DNA of 64,000 bases from an uncultured Methanosarcinaceae archaeon (GCA_963833425.1 CAWHXP010000018.1:1-64000); one strand, 5' to 3'; numbered from the stretch's first letter, positions 9,226 to 20,881 are shown. Made by a program: numbers and translations. Notes: generated from the sequence alone by a model not told the origin.

Positions 9226-9333
9226 AGCTAACGCTCAGCATGAGCCATGCGGAACTGAAACCGTGAAACAACCAACAACCTGAAGCAAAAACAGAAAGGC
9301 GTAACCCGCATTGGCTCGATGCGTTTGTTAGGC
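9226..9333 (-). other. Integron attC-like recombination site (solitary)
   Basis: Minus strand GCCTAAC-AAAC-GCATCGAGCCAATGCGG...CCGCATGGCTCATGC-TGAGC-GTTAGCT: R''/L''/L'/R' layout with two unpaired bases on the R'' arm. Confidence 0.75.
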
Positions 9334-9401
9334 CACGATCAAAGGACAAAAATGAAAACTGCAAAACTGATAAAAGACAACCTACTAAGGATAAGAAACA
9401 T

Positions 9402-11232
9402 ATGTTCTACAGTAATGGTAACTACGAAGCGTTCATTCGTCCCCGCAAGCCGCAGGGCGTGGACGGGAAGTCTACCTATCTCATCGGTGGTGGCATCGCC
9501 TCGCTCGCAGCGGCGGGCTTTTTGATCCGCGACGGGCAGATGGACGGAAAACGCATCACCATCTACGAGGCGAGCAATATCGCTGGCGGCTGCCTAGACG
9601 GCATCAAGCACCCAAAGGAGGGCTACCTCTTCCGTGGCGAGCGCGAGATGGAAGACCACTACGAGTGCTTGTGGGATCTGATGCGCTCGATCCCGTCGCT
9701 CGATGTCAAGGACGCCTCGGTCCTTGAAGACTTTTACCGGATCAACAAGGATCACCACAACTACTCTCTGTGTCGGACCACTCACAAGCGCGGGCAGCCT
9801 TTCCCGACCGACGGCAAGATGCTCCTGACCCCCAAGGCGCAGGGCGAGCTGATGAAGCTCTTCTACACCCACCGAAGAGAGCTATTCGACAGGCGGTTCG
9901 AAGAATTCGTGAGCGAGGAGTTCTTCGCCAGCAACTTCTGGGTGTATTGGCTGTCGATGTTCGCCATCGGGCCCTGGCACGGTGCCCTAGAGATGAAGCT
10001 CTACATGAACCGCTTCGTCCAGCACTTCGGTGGGATGGCGGATCTCAGCACCATCAAGTTCACACGCCTCAACCAGTTCGACTCTCTGGTCCTCCCGCTA
10101 GTCAAGTGGCTCGAGCAGCAGGGCGTCATTATTGTGTACGACACGAAGGTCACCAACGTCGTGTTCGATATCACCCCGGAACGCAAGGTCGCTCGCCGGA
10201 TCGAGTGGATCCAGGCCGGAAAGCGCGGAGGACGCGACGTCACCAAGAACGACATCGTCCTCATTACCAACAGCTCTGCGGTCGAAAACACCTCTTGGGG
10301 GGACCACCACACCCCGGCCAAGTGGATTAGGGACATCCAGGAGGGCAGCATCTGGGCGATGTGGCGCAACATCGCCGCCCAGGACCCTGGCCTTCGGTCG
10401 GCCCGACAAGTTCTGTACCCACACTGACAAGAGCAGCTATGAGTCGGCATGTATCATCACCCTCGACGACAAGATTCCGCTCTACATCGAGCGGATCTGC
10501 CAGCGCGACCCGTACAGTTTCGACTGGAGCCCCATCACCGGTGGCTTGGTGACTGTGCGCGATTCCAATTGGCTGCTGTCGTGGAACGTCGAGCGCAAAC
10601 CGCACTTCAGGGACGCGCCGAAGGACCAGCTGATGATTCACGCCTACGGCACGTACAGCCTCGACCGGCCCGGCAACTACGTCAAGAAGGCGATGCGTGA
10701 GTGCACTGGCGAGGAGATCGCCCTGGAATGGCTCTATCACCTGGGGGTGCCTGACGATCAGATCGACCAGCTGGCGGCCAAGTCGGTGATCGTGCATCCG
10801 TGCATGATGCCCTACATCACGGCCTTCTTCTTGCCACGGCGTGACGGCGACCGTCCCAAGGTAGTGCCCGAGGGAGCGGTCAACTTCGGGTTCCTGGGGC
10901 AGCTCGCCGAGAGCCATCCGAGGGATGTCATCTTCACCGTCGAATACTCAGTGCGGACGGCGATGGAGGCGGTCTACACCCTGTTGGACATCGAGCGGGG
11001 CGTGCCGGAGCCGTGGGGCTCGCAGTACGACATTCGTGCGCTGCTCAACTCGGCGATCGTGCTGCGGGATGGCGAGAAGCTAAAGCTGCCCCCTGCGATC
11101 GAGGCGTACCTGGCGAACACCGAAATCGGCGAGCTGCTGAGGGACTACGGGTTCATCGGCGAACTCGGCGACAACGAGCTCACGGTCGCGATACACAAGA
11201 ATCTTCCGCAGGTGACTCAAACGGTCCTCTAG
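9402..11232 (+). pseudogene. Oleate hydratase (MCRA family), single +1 frameshift at ~10389
   Basis: MFYSNGNYEAF, IGGGIASLAAAGFLIRDG, RGEREME, then FGRPDKFC...CMMPYIT...FTVEYSVRTA in another frame; visibly GC-rich. Confidence 0.9.
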
Positions 11233-11249
11233 AGACTAGCGGAGAGACG

Positions 11250-11663
11250 GAATGGACCAGGACTGTTATATGATAATCATTCCATAGACTCTCCCAAAAC
11301 TCCAGAAAAAGCTACACATTGAATGAGGATATCGTGAAGCTGGCCATTTAATTTATTGCTGACTCCAAAAAAGTCGCACCCACCAAACCATTGTTTATGT
11401 ACTTCTGTCCAGGTGCTATGAATGCTCCTCACCACTTTCCTAAGGAGTGGGCAGATAAATACAAAAGTAAGTTCGATGATGGTTGGGACGTTTACCGGGA
11501 GAAAACCTTAGCCCAGCAGAAGAGACTTGGTATAATTCCAAAACAAACCGAACTATCTCGCCATGACCCGGATGTCAAGCCATGGGACCAATGCTCACCT
11601 GAGGAAAAGAAACTCTATGCTCGTATGATGGAAGTCTTTGGTGGGTTCCTGGAACATCTATAA
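11250..11663 (+). pseudogene. Arylsulfatase internal fragment
   Basis: FMYFCPGAMNAPHHFPKEWADKYKSKFDDGWD...YARMMEVFGGFLEH; both termini missing. Confidence 0.75.
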
Positions 11664-11737
11664 CTCATGAAGAAATAGGAAATAGTTAATCTAAACCACA
11701 ATAATAAAAAGAAATATCCAAAAAAGTTGTTGCTCTC

Positions 11738-13352
11738 CTACGATTGATGCATCGTTTTGAACATGTTCCAGATGACGCTAATATCGGTACTTACTCGTTG
11801 GAACGGGTTTGGTTCTTTGGGGATATTCAGCAGTTTGAAGACCGCCATTTGGGCTGTGCGCACCGAATATTCCATCGTGAAGACACAATCGTCTGGCACT
11901 TCAACTAACTGACCGGTGAGGGCAAGGTTGGTTGAGCCTTTCGGAACAACATCAGGTCGGTCAGTAACCTTTCTCTTCAGAAACTGGCTTGTGACGAAAG
12001 GCATCCTGCAGGGTAAGACGTTTGACGAATCCAGAATCTGCTTCACAGGTCGGCGTCGAACCCCAAGTGACGCACCAGCTCCTCCAGAATCTCTCTTCCG
12101 CTGCATTGACCCATTGGTTTGCGGACATAGTCGCCGATTTTGTCGGCGTAGAGACCTAAGCCGTAAAACACGTAAACGCCTGCTGTCTGGTTCTGGTAAT
12201 ACGGCTGATGGTTGAGGATAAAAGCCAGCGACCAGCTGGACTCTGGAAGCGAGGTGATCCCGTTCTTACCGGCTTCTTGCCCGCTGAATTTCTCCATTAA
12301 ATCAAAGAACCGCCGGTCCTTCTGGGTCACCGTGAATGACGTGAATGAAGACTCGTCGATGTGACCGGTGAAGACCGAAGGATCACGAAAGATGTCCTTG
12401 CGCTTTCGGGCGAGAGTCTCCCAAAGTGCCCATTTCCCCTCATGCGTCGGCGACGTGATCAGCTCAGGTGCGGAATCATTCGAACCAAAGGAGGCATTTG
12501 CTACCATCGAGCCCAGCGTAACTATGACAATGTCCTCCGGCCTGACTGCAATCTTCTTTTGCTTTCCGTCCTGGACCATCGTGATCCCGCAGACGGTGAT
12601 TTCGCCATCATTGTCGTTCCCGATGTCTATATCGGTCACTCGGGTCTTCCCCACGTATTGCACACCACGGTCGGTCAACCACTTAATGATCGGGCGCACC
12701 ATCAAATCGTACTGGTTATACCTGGTGTGGTGGAGCAAGTTTTGAGTTGCCATATCCGGGAACAGATGCATGAATCTCAGCAGGTAGCGTCGCATTTCAA
12801 TGGCGCTGTGCCATGGTTCAAAGGCAAAGAGCGTTTTCCACATGTGCCAGAAATTCGTTTCAAAAAAGTGCTCTGAGAAGACGTCGCTGATACGCTTATC
12901 GTTCGACGCACTTTCCAGTTTGGCAGTTAACGCGAGGAGCTCCAACTCGTCTTTCGGATTAAAACCATAAGAGTGGAAGTTCAGAATCTTACAGAGTGAA
13001 AGTTCAGAATCTTACCGTTGGCGACCAGGCGAGCCTTGTTGTTCCAGCGGACGGCATTAGTGAACTCGAGGGTGTCCTGCTTGATCGTTTTCGTCGGGTC
13101 ATCCAGTGAGGGGATGAAAGAAAGCAGATCGTACATGCAGACGTAATTCTCCTCGAACATGCGCTCGCCGCGCATGAAGTAACCTTTTTCAGGAGTGCCA
13201 GCTGAGTCAAGACATCCGCCCGGTAAACTCTCCTCCTCGTAAATGTTGATGTTCGCACCTGAAAAGCCGCCGTCTTTGATCAGGTAGGCAGCAGCAGCCA
13301 GATTTGCGATTCCTGACCCGATCAAGTGTGCCTTGCGTCCTTCATTGTTCAT
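11738..13352 (-). pseudogene. Second oleate hydratase, broken by a 23-bp duplication and a 2-bp insertion
   Basis: IGSGIANLAAAAYLIKDG, RGERMFE, FAFEPWHSAIEMRRY, NQYD, FTMEYSVRTA spread over three ORFs; duplication at 12970-12992/12993-13015; second shift near 12043. Confidence 0.9.
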
Positions 13353-13645
13353 GAACAGTCTCTCATCATATTTTTATTAAGTTAGATATAATTTTAATCC
13401 GATTAGGAAAGTACGCAGTTAAATTGAAAAACATACTGTTGACAAAAAATTATGATAGCCAGGCATGCCGATATCCTGTGAGCTTCAGCTGCTAATGTTG
13501 TCAACGATACTATAAAAAAACTGCAAGCAGTAAAGCAATATCATGTATTCTTATTTCTAATGATTTAGGCTACCATCCTTGGTATTCATAGCCCCGACTC
13601 TTTCACAGCTACGTCTTTATCATCATCAGTCGTTATTGGCTAACT

Positions 13646-14134
13646 TTATTCTTCTGCAAAAGTTGCACGCAGCTTATCTTCTTCTTCCTTTGATAGGTTA
13701 GAAGCAATGAGTTCGAACTTTGTTTGTTTCATAGCTTCTACTACCTTATCTTCAACGGCGTCGCTAGTCATTAGAAACAAAGCTGAAGTGCCTTCAGTTA
13801 CTTTGCTACGAATAGATTTTATGAAATCTTCATCGATTCCAATATGGGTCATGGAACCGGAAATTGCACCTATTGCAGCCCCAGCGACCAAGCCTAATAA
13901 CGGAATGAAAAATATCAAGCCAAATAACATGCCCCAAAAAGCACCACTCAATGCACCTACACCGGTTAAATCAGTCAAATGCTTTGTATTTGGTTTCTTT
14001 TTTCCCACAGGCCAGGTGACTATAGCAGCATCTTGTAGTTCAATCAGTTGTTTCTTACTTAAATTTTCAATTATTTCAAGTTCATTTTCGGCACCTTTAG
14101 CGGTGTCAAACTTAAGAACTGTTAAAGTTGTCAT
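13646..14134 (-). CDS. DUF1269-like membrane protein
   Basis: GALSGAFWGMLFGLIF...GIDEDFIKSIRSKVTEGTSALF glycine-zipper pattern. Confidence 0.8.
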   Translation of the reverse strand: MTTLTVLKFDTAKGAENELEIIENLSKKQLIELQDAAIVTWPVGKKKPNTKHLTDLTGVGALSGAFWGMLFGLIFFIPLLGLVAGAAIGAISGSMTHIGIDEDFIKSIRSKVTEGTSALFLMTSDAVEDKVVEAMKQTKFELIASNLSKEEEDKLRATFAEE

Positions 14135-14399
14135 TACACAATCTCCTCTTCTGCTTCACATTTATTTCTAGGTTGATTTACCGTACCATCCTATGGTATA
14201 GATTTTCTTACTAGATATTATTTAAAAATAATTATACAAAAAATAGTTTCTAAACAATTTTTTCCCTCTACTTGAATATTTTGACATTAAACAATATTTT
14301 TATATTAATTATGTATTAATATATTTTATATACACTGCTCACTTTTTCATTACTCATTTTCCACAAAATATTTTGGAATATACCATAAGGGTTTTGAGT

Positions 14400-14677
14400 C
14401 TTGACATCAAAAAATGACTGATTGCGGGGCAATTTAAGGTATTTTCTCGAATCCAAAAGGTATCAAAGGAAAAATCACTGTGAAAGACTCGTTCATAGTC
14501 GATGTTTACGGATCAGCTAACCAGCCTGTTTGTGCCTTTATGAGCGGCTACTTTGCAGGTTACCTGATAGATTATTTTGGGAAGAATATCAGTGTAAGAG
14601 AGATTAGCTGCAAAGTTACAGGAAAAAACGTATGCAGGCATGCAATTTCATTGGCATTCTCTGACGTATACCAGTGA
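14400..14677 (+). pseudogene. V4R domain fragment
   Basis: PVCAFMSGYFAG...VREISCKVTGKNVCRH; N-terminus degraded. Confidence 0.65.
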
Positions 14678-14959
14678 CTAAAAAGAGATATACCTTGATC
14701 AGATATCAGAATGCCATTTTCGGAGATAATGAACTGCTTGTGACAATGGGAAGAAGGGGGATATCTTAGGTTCATTTTATATTCACATATATCATCCCAA
14801 GCACTTAGAATAATTCCTTACCGTGTCCAGACAGTGGGAGAACTTTTCTAGACAATTGATAATTATAGACATAGCACCCAGAATAATATAGAGAATTGAC
14901 TCGTGAAAATCAGATGTTAATAAAAATCCTTAATAATATTGCATTGTGTCTAGAGGTGA

Positions 14960-15436
14960 TCATAGTTTTCCTGGCATATATGACCTCAATTTCATTAAAG
15001 TTTCTGTTCCATACCTACGTAATTCTTTGATCTCTTTTTGGTATACAAAAGCTGCTGGTACTAACATAAATGGAATGGTTGACGCAGCTTTAGCTCCTTC
15101 TGAAATAGGCAATGTGGCTAAAACATTCGCTCCAGTCGCACCATAAATAGGAACTATAGGAACTAGCATAGCTAAACCAAATGTTCTTCTGAAATGGATG
15201 CCTAATTTTGCAGCCAAGAAACCATTGGACCCTATGAGCAAACCAATACCCACACTAGGCCCTATAGTCTCAAAAAGATTATACGATGGTCCAACATAGA
15301 TCCCAAAATCAATGCCAAACAAGGAAACAAGACCATGGACTTGATCCCTATCATGATTGGAATTCCCTCCAAAACTTGATAAAACTATGCCTATATCCAG
15401 TTGCAGAGGTCCTTTTTCTACTTTTCTTTCACCCAT
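14960..15436 (-). CDS. Hypothetical membrane protein
   Basis: 158-aa hydrophobic, Gly-rich ORF. Confidence 0.5.
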   Translation of the reverse strand: MGERKVEKGPLQLDIGIVLSSFGGNSNHDRDQVHGLVSLFGIDFGIYVGPSYNLFETIGPSVGIGLLIGSNGFLAAKLGIHFRRTFGLAMLVPIVPIYGATGANVLATLPISEGAKAASTIPFMLVPAAFVYQKEIKELRRYGTETLMKLRSYMPGKL

Positions 15437-15585
15437 TATATCATTGATATCTCAAATCCATAATATAGTTTATTGCTATTATGATACTGCTCTATTTAAA
15501 TCTAAAGAGGATTTCGATTTACTTCTAATTTTTTTTCACGAGAATCCTGGTTAAATCTTTTCTGCGAATTTCTGTTTTTTATTAT

Positions 15586-15675
15586 AGAGATTTTCGATAA
15601 ACTTCGATTTCAACAAATTGCGTATATACACTTTATAAACAACCAGCCCAAAATTGGGGTTTATCAAAATCCTCT
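15586..15675. mobile_element. ~90-bp MITE copy inside the integrated element
   Basis: AGAGATTTTCGATAAAC...GTTTATCAAAATCCTCT. Confidence 0.75.
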
Positions 15676-16001
15676 TTGGATGGAACTGTGGAAATTCATC
15701 ACCTATCATAGGTGCTGTGCGTACTTTGATTTTATGATGAAATAATTGGATATCTGTATAGTTTTGGTTAAAAACTTTGAATTATCTAACCATGAGATAG
15801 GTAGGTTTTGTATGAAAACTTCTACATAAGTAAAAACGATAAATCCTATTTTTTGGAATGAAATAAAACAGGAATGGAGAAAAGTCATTTTTACAGAACA
15901 TTTAGTACAAGGTTTTATAATTTTTCTGTAAAATAACAATACCAGCAAGTATTAGGTAAAAAGTTGGAAATTAAACGATTAATCAGATATGGAGTTTACA
16001 G

Positions 16002-16871
16002 ATGACTGAAACTAAAAAATCAGATTTTTGGATAGATCATAAACTACGTGTGATGTTAGCAGAGTATAATTCATTAAGATCAGATATTAAGTCTAAAAGT
16101 GAGTTTCAAAGTCGCCTTTTACAGATCCATATTACTGTCTTAACTACTATTATTGGAGCAATTTTATATAAAAATGCCCAATTATGGCTACTGTTTCTCA
16201 TTCCAATTGAGTCATTACTATTTGGTTCTTGGTATCGAAATTATGCTTCAAGCATTCTAGGAATTGAAACATACATCAGAAAGGAAATTGAATCCAAAGT
16301 CAAGGAAATGCTAGGAGATAGATACCTAATGGGGTGGGAACACGCTAAGATGGTAGACGTTATTCCATATGCAACCTACAGAGAAAATAGTTTCTGGTCA
16401 TTAGTTCAGTTGACTTTTTTGGGACCGTCTATATTAATTTCAAAATTTGCTTTGATTTTGTTAATACAGCGGTTGCTAGTTTATACTGCCTGGGGAGTTA
16501 TCGATGTCTCCATCTTTTTTGTATTTATCCCTTTTTTATTCTGCTTAGGTTGGTTTGTATTATTCCCATCTAGTAAAAGCGGTGAAAAGAAAGAATTTGA
16601 ATCCAAAATAAAGTTTGGTCATTTCTGGCTCTCAATTTTTTTGCTTTTTTGTGGGGTATCTTCTATAGTTATTATAAAAACTTTGATTTCCATAAGAGAG
16701 CAGTTGCTAATTCACAAAGAATGGATGGTTATCCAGCTTTATCTGCTCTTTGTATTTAGTTTTGTTTTAGTGGGTTTAGGTTGGTTCGGATTCTACTCGA
16801 TTAATAATGCTTATGGAAAGATACGCTTTGAATGTAACGAAGAATTAGAGCGCGAATTCCTAAAAAAATAA
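16002..16871 (+). CDS. Multi-pass membrane hypothetical protein
   Basis: 289-aa ORF with several hydrophobic segments; N-terminal AEYNSLRSDI helix; GGAG upstream. Confidence 0.75.
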   Translation: MTETKKSDFWIDHKLRVMLAEYNSLRSDIKSKSEFQSRLLQIHITVLTTIIGAILYKNAQLWLLFLIPIESLLFGSWYRNYASSILGIETYIRKEIESKVKEMLGDRYLMGWEHAKMVDVIPYATYRENSFWSLVQLTFLGPSILISKFALILLIQRLLVYTAWGVIDVSIFFVFIPFLFCLGWFVLFPSSKSGEKKEFESKIKFGHFWLSIFLLFCGVSSIVIIKTLISIREQLLIHKEWMVIQLYLLFVFSFVLVGLGWFGFYSINNAYGKIRFECNEELEREFLKK

Positions 16872-17840
16872 AACTTGATACAATAGGTGCGAAAAAATCT
16901 GCATTTTATACGGCTTCTTGGGGATAAAATAGCTTTTTTGTTAACCAGCTTTATGGCAGATTCTTATTTAGCTAATATGTATTAATAGAAACGTTCAAAA
17001 AGAATAAACCTGGCTTTTATAATGTCATCCATTTCTTTCATGCATTATCTCTATAATTGACTGATTAGTCAGTTACACTGCAATTTTACGTTGTTAGATA
17101 AATTTTTATAGTGCTTTTTTCTTGACTCGTCCCGATGAATTTCAAAAACCAACTTTTAATGCATAAAATACCTTTAGAATTTTATCTAAGTTTGTCTATT
17201 AAACAAGTCTCATAAATAGGATCAAATTCTTCTGACTCAAGAATACTACTCTTGGCATCCAAAAATCTCATCTTTGGTATTTTGAAAATACTTTATAGTA
17301 TAAAAATTATAAAAATATAATTTTATAATTCATCTAAGGCATAATTTTTAATAAGTTAATGATAATTCTATTAACTCTACGATTTAAGTCTCACTGTGAG
17401 CTTCTAATGAGCTCACACATTTATCTAGAACTTTCCTATTCCTCTGTCTAAATACTTTACAACATGCTATTAAGTGACTTTTGGATAGGCTATGGGCTCA
17501 GACATATTCACTTTTGAAGCAAGCTGAATCTCTTTCAAATGCATGGACTAGTTGAAGGATGGTGAAACTTTAATCTAGCATGGCTGATATTAGGGAAAAG
17601 TGAAGATTTCGTTAGTTTTCGCTCACCCGGAGATTAAAATGAAATCTATCCTATAGTTTTACTATAGAAACTGCAACCAAACTTAACCAGTTACATATGG
17701 TCAAGAAGAGATTCATAACTAGTAGATATATTGAATGGGTATATTCTATTTGATGCCCTGCGAAGTACAGAATAAATATAGGATTATTATCTTGATAAAG
17801 AAATATTATTTAATTTTCAAGTAATAATTAAAGAAAGCTG

Positions 17841-17877
17841 TAGACAATACAGGTATTTATGGTAGTTGGTTCTGAAC
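17841..17877. repeat. Right junction: right terminal inverted repeat plus 13-bp core
   Basis: TAGACAATACAGGTATTTATG (17841-17861; 19/21 match to the reverse complement of 765-785), GTA, then GTTGGTTCTGAAC (17865-17877). Confidence 0.9.
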
Positions 17878-18170
17878 TAAACTATTTTTTTACAATAGTG
17901 ATGCAGATTATAAAAAGTACCACAGCAAGAAAATGCTTAAAGAATATTCTGAAATAAAAAACAGCTATGAGGTGATAAACTTTAGAACAAATGAGATTGC
18001 ATTGGAACTGTGGGTGATGGCCCAACTTCCGATGAAATAAAAGCTATTTCAAAATCGGGGAAAGTGGAACGAAAACGAAGCATATTAAGCAAATGAGACT
18101 ATTTCATTTTGAATAATTCCTGAATAGCCAGAGCAAAGGAGCTAGAAAACCTATTGCTTGCAGAGGAATG
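17865..18170 (+). pseudogene. IS200/IS605 tnpA remnant, right half
   Basis: VGSELNYFFTIVMQIIKSTTARK continues the left half exactly; matches the reverse complement of ~29250-29511. Confidence 0.85.
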
Positions 18171-18263
18171 AGGTACCGAAATTTGGAATGAGGATTGTAA
18201 TATTTAGTTTGTGTAATTTACAGTAAAAAGTTGAAAAGGATTTATTATTTCTATAAAAATTAA

Positions 18264-18908
18264 TTATGTAATATCCCCTTCGTCCTCTACATCAAATTCT
18301 TTGTAACTGTCGCTTCCTACCATTGCGGCCGAGATAGAATCAATGCCATCAAGCCATTCCGCAACAATACCATCTGGAAGTTCAGCCATAACATTTTCAG
18401 GCAAGCTTTGCCCTTTGAGCACAAGTGCACCACACTGTGCAGTGTAATCAAGAGCAAGTTCAAGGTTGTCTGAGGCTTCAGCCTCGACTGCTGCTTTTAC
18501 AAGTTCCTCTATATTCGCTCCTTCTTCATAGTCACCCATTAAATAGCATTCAAAGGCGACAAGCGTTCCCATAAGAGAGGTCTGGATCGAGTCAATCATA
18601 AGATCTATATCTTCAGAAATAGGCTCAACCTCGGAAAGTACTATGTCCCTTATTTCCCTCAGAATTTGTAGAGCTTTTTCTCTTAAGAGAACGCCTTTTT
18701 CAAAGCGAGCAGTCACTTTTAGGCAAGCTAGGATGACATCATCAACCATATTGACAAATATGGCGCTTTCCTTTCCGACTTCTTCTTCCGTTTCCTTTAT
18801 CTGGAAACCGCTCTCTTTTGCCCGTCCGAGCCAGTTTTCCCAGCGCTTTTGGGTGTAAAATTCATAGGGGACCTGGTTCATTTCCTGTTCAGGCACTTGT
18901 AACACCAT
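18264..18908 (-). CDS. DUF2150-like conserved archaeal protein
   Basis: FYTQKRWENW...AEWLDGIDSISAAMVGSD; likely start MVLQVP. Confidence 0.75.
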   Translation of the reverse strand: MVLQVPEQEMNQVPYEFYTQKRWENWLGRAKESGFQIKETEEEVGKESAIFVNMVDDVILACLKVTARFEKGVLLREKALQILREIRDIVLSEVEPISEDIDLMIDSIQTSLMGTLVAFECYLMGDYEEGANIEELVKAAVEAEASDNLELALDYTAQCGALVLKGQSLPENVMAELPDGIVAEWLDGIDSISAAMVGSDSYKEFDVEDEGDIT

Positions 18909-18974
18909 TTCAACCTTTTTATGTATTATTAATAAATAATCAATCTTACTATTACTAAATTGTGTCCATTTCAT

Positions 18975-19424
18975 TTACCAGGCTAATTTCACTGTTTTAA
19001 GAGAATAGCCGGTTTCACACTTGGAGTCAAGGCTCTCAAGCACCTCTACAATTTTACATTTATCTCCTTTTGAAAGTCCTTCAGGATGGCATATCGCATA
19101 CACACTGCAATCCTTCTTACCGCATTTTGGAAGCTCATAAATGATTTTTGCTCCGTCAACTGCTTTTCTTGATTCTATTGTAGTCAAGATAGGAGCTCTG
19201 CTCACGTCCACAGCAAGAACCCCGTTATCGTGCAAGAAACATTCATGGATATCGTTGCTTCTTACTCTTTCTACCCTGTACCTACGTCCGGGTTCAAGGT
19301 TAAGACAGGTGTTCTTTAACCGGCATTTTTTGCATTCAGGCATTTCACCTTTAAATATGAATTCCAGTCCTTCCCTTGCAAGCCGTGATCCGATAAGTGT
19401 TATTTTAGTATTGCTCTCTGTCAT
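18975..19424 (-). CDS. UPF0179 family protein
   Basis: ITLIGSRLAREGLEFIF...CKKCRLKNTCLNLEPGRRY Cys-rich archaeal signature. Confidence 0.85.
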   Translation of the reverse strand: MTESNTKITLIGSRLAREGLEFIFKGEMPECKKCRLKNTCLNLEPGRRYRVERVRSNDIHECFLHDNGVLAVDVSRAPILTTIESRKAVDGAKIIYELPKCGKKDCSVYAICHPEGLSKGDKCKIVEVLESLDSKCETGYSLKTVKLAW

Positions 19425-19670
19425 AATACTCTTCCATTTAATTTTTATGGCCTGTGCCAAATTTTGAGGGATCCTGGAGCTTATCCCTAAATAAAAAATC
19501 CAATCATTTGAGATGAGATCTGATTGAAAATAAATGACTATGACTTAATCTAATACACTTTAGAAGGGAATGATTTTCCTTAAGCTTTAGATAGACTCTT
19601 CATTCCAGCCTTAAATTCATGTATTTTAAACATAACTGATTTTCTGCTTCAATTGGGTAAGAACAACTTT

Positions 19671-20741
19671 TCAATTTATGACCCTTGTGATTCTTGCGAC
19701 TTTTTCAGCAGCCGAGGGAGTAAGACCTCTTCCGAGAATTGTGTACCGCTCAGGGCGGATCTTATTTGCATGTAACAGAGCTTCGACTATATATTTGTCT
19801 TCTATCCCCAGTTCTTCTGCATTTATGGGAGCACCTATCTTTTTTAAGGCTACCCTGATTTCCTGCCAGTTACCTCCGTGAAGGTACATCATCATGATTG
19901 TGCCAATGCCACACTGTTCTCCATGGAGCGCAGGTTTAGGGGCTATTCTGTCTAGGGAGTGGCTGAACATATGTTCCGATCCTGAGCAAGGTCTTGAAGA
20001 ACCAGCAATACTCATTGCAACTCCGTTAGAGACCAGAGCTTTTACAACAAGCCTAGCAGAACTCTCATGCTCTGGCTTTATCGAGTCTGCAGATTCTATA
20101 ATTACACGAGCAGCCATACGGGCAAGAGCCGCAGCATATTCTCCAAAGTACTCGTTTTGGAGCCTGCTTGAGAGTTCCCAGTCTAGAACTGCCGTATAAT
20201 TTGAGATTATATCTCCACAACCAGCTGCAAGGAAATTGAATGGAGCTGCTGAAATAATCTTAGTATCCGCGATGACCGCAACCGGGGCCCTCGCTTTTAT
20301 TGAAGTATTTTTTCCATTATCCATAATTGAGGCATGGGAAGAAGCAATACCATCGTGAGAAGCTGCAGTTGGAACACTGATGAAGGGTAAATCTAGCCTT
20401 GTTGCTGCGAGTTTTGCAAGATCTATAGACCTACCACTTCCGACTCCAAGAAGAAAATTCGCTTCTGTTTCAAGAGCTCTTTCTATAACCTTTCCAACTT
20501 CCTCCACAGTAGTTTTACAAGTTATAATTGACTCTGCATTGCTTCCAGTACTTTGGAGTCCATCACAAACTTTCTTGCCTGCAATGTTCCATGTAGTGCT
20601 GCCGGTTACTATTAGTGCATCTCCTGTCAATTTTAGGTCTCTGCATACATAGCCAACATCCTCAATTACCCCGTGTCCGACAAGCACATCTCTGGGAAGC
20701 TGCATCAATTTCGAGCTATTTTTTTTGAGGATCAATTTCAT
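19671..20741 (-). CDS. egsA: NAD(P)-dependent glycerol-1-phosphate dehydrogenase
   Basis: [39 protein letters not shown]. Confidence 0.95.
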   Translation of the reverse strand: MKLILKKNSSKLMQLPRDVLVGHGVIEDVGYVCRDLKLTGDALIVTGSTTWNIAGKKVCDGLQSTGSNAESIITCKTTVEEVGKVIERALETEANFLLGVGSGRSIDLAKLAATRLDLPFISVPTAASHDGIASSHASIMDNGKNTSIKARAPVAVIADTKIISAAPFNFLAAGCGDIISNYTAVLDWELSSRLQNEYFGEYAAALARMAARVIIESADSIKPEHESSARLVVKALVSNGVAMSIAGSSRPCSGSEHMFSHSLDRIAPKPALHGEQCGIGTIMMMYLHGGNWQEIRVALKKIGAPINAEELGIEDKYIVEALLHANKIRPERYTILGRGLTPSAAEKVARITRVIN

Positions 20742-20881
20742 ACCTACATCAGTATTTATCATAATAAATAACAAACTGAATTTTATAAGTCCGTGTATTG
20801 TTAGAAGTCACAAATCACGAAGGTCGTTTGCTTACTGGGATGTTAATATATATCAATCTTTATTACAGACACCTTAAATCT

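Larger units (their letters stand above)
749..17877. mobile_element. Integrative element carrying tyrosine recombinase, PolA and TerS-like genes (~17.1 kb)
   Basis: 13-bp direct repeats at 749-761 and 17865-17877; inverted repeats at 765-785 and 17841-17861; the flanks rejoin into one tnpA remnant; integrase lies immediately inside the left end. Confidence 0.9.

Noticed and set aside
9594..11273. Overlapping alternative ORFs in the GC-rich hydratase
   Set aside because: Shadow frames caused by high GC; the N-terminal part of 10132-11232 is out-of-frame sequence before the shift.
749..17877. Casposon or pipolin
   Set aside because: No Cas1, and the polymerase motifs are family A, not B; only the end architecture is reminiscent.
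749..17877. Complete provirus
   Set aside because: No capsid, portal, large terminase or tail genes are recognisable.
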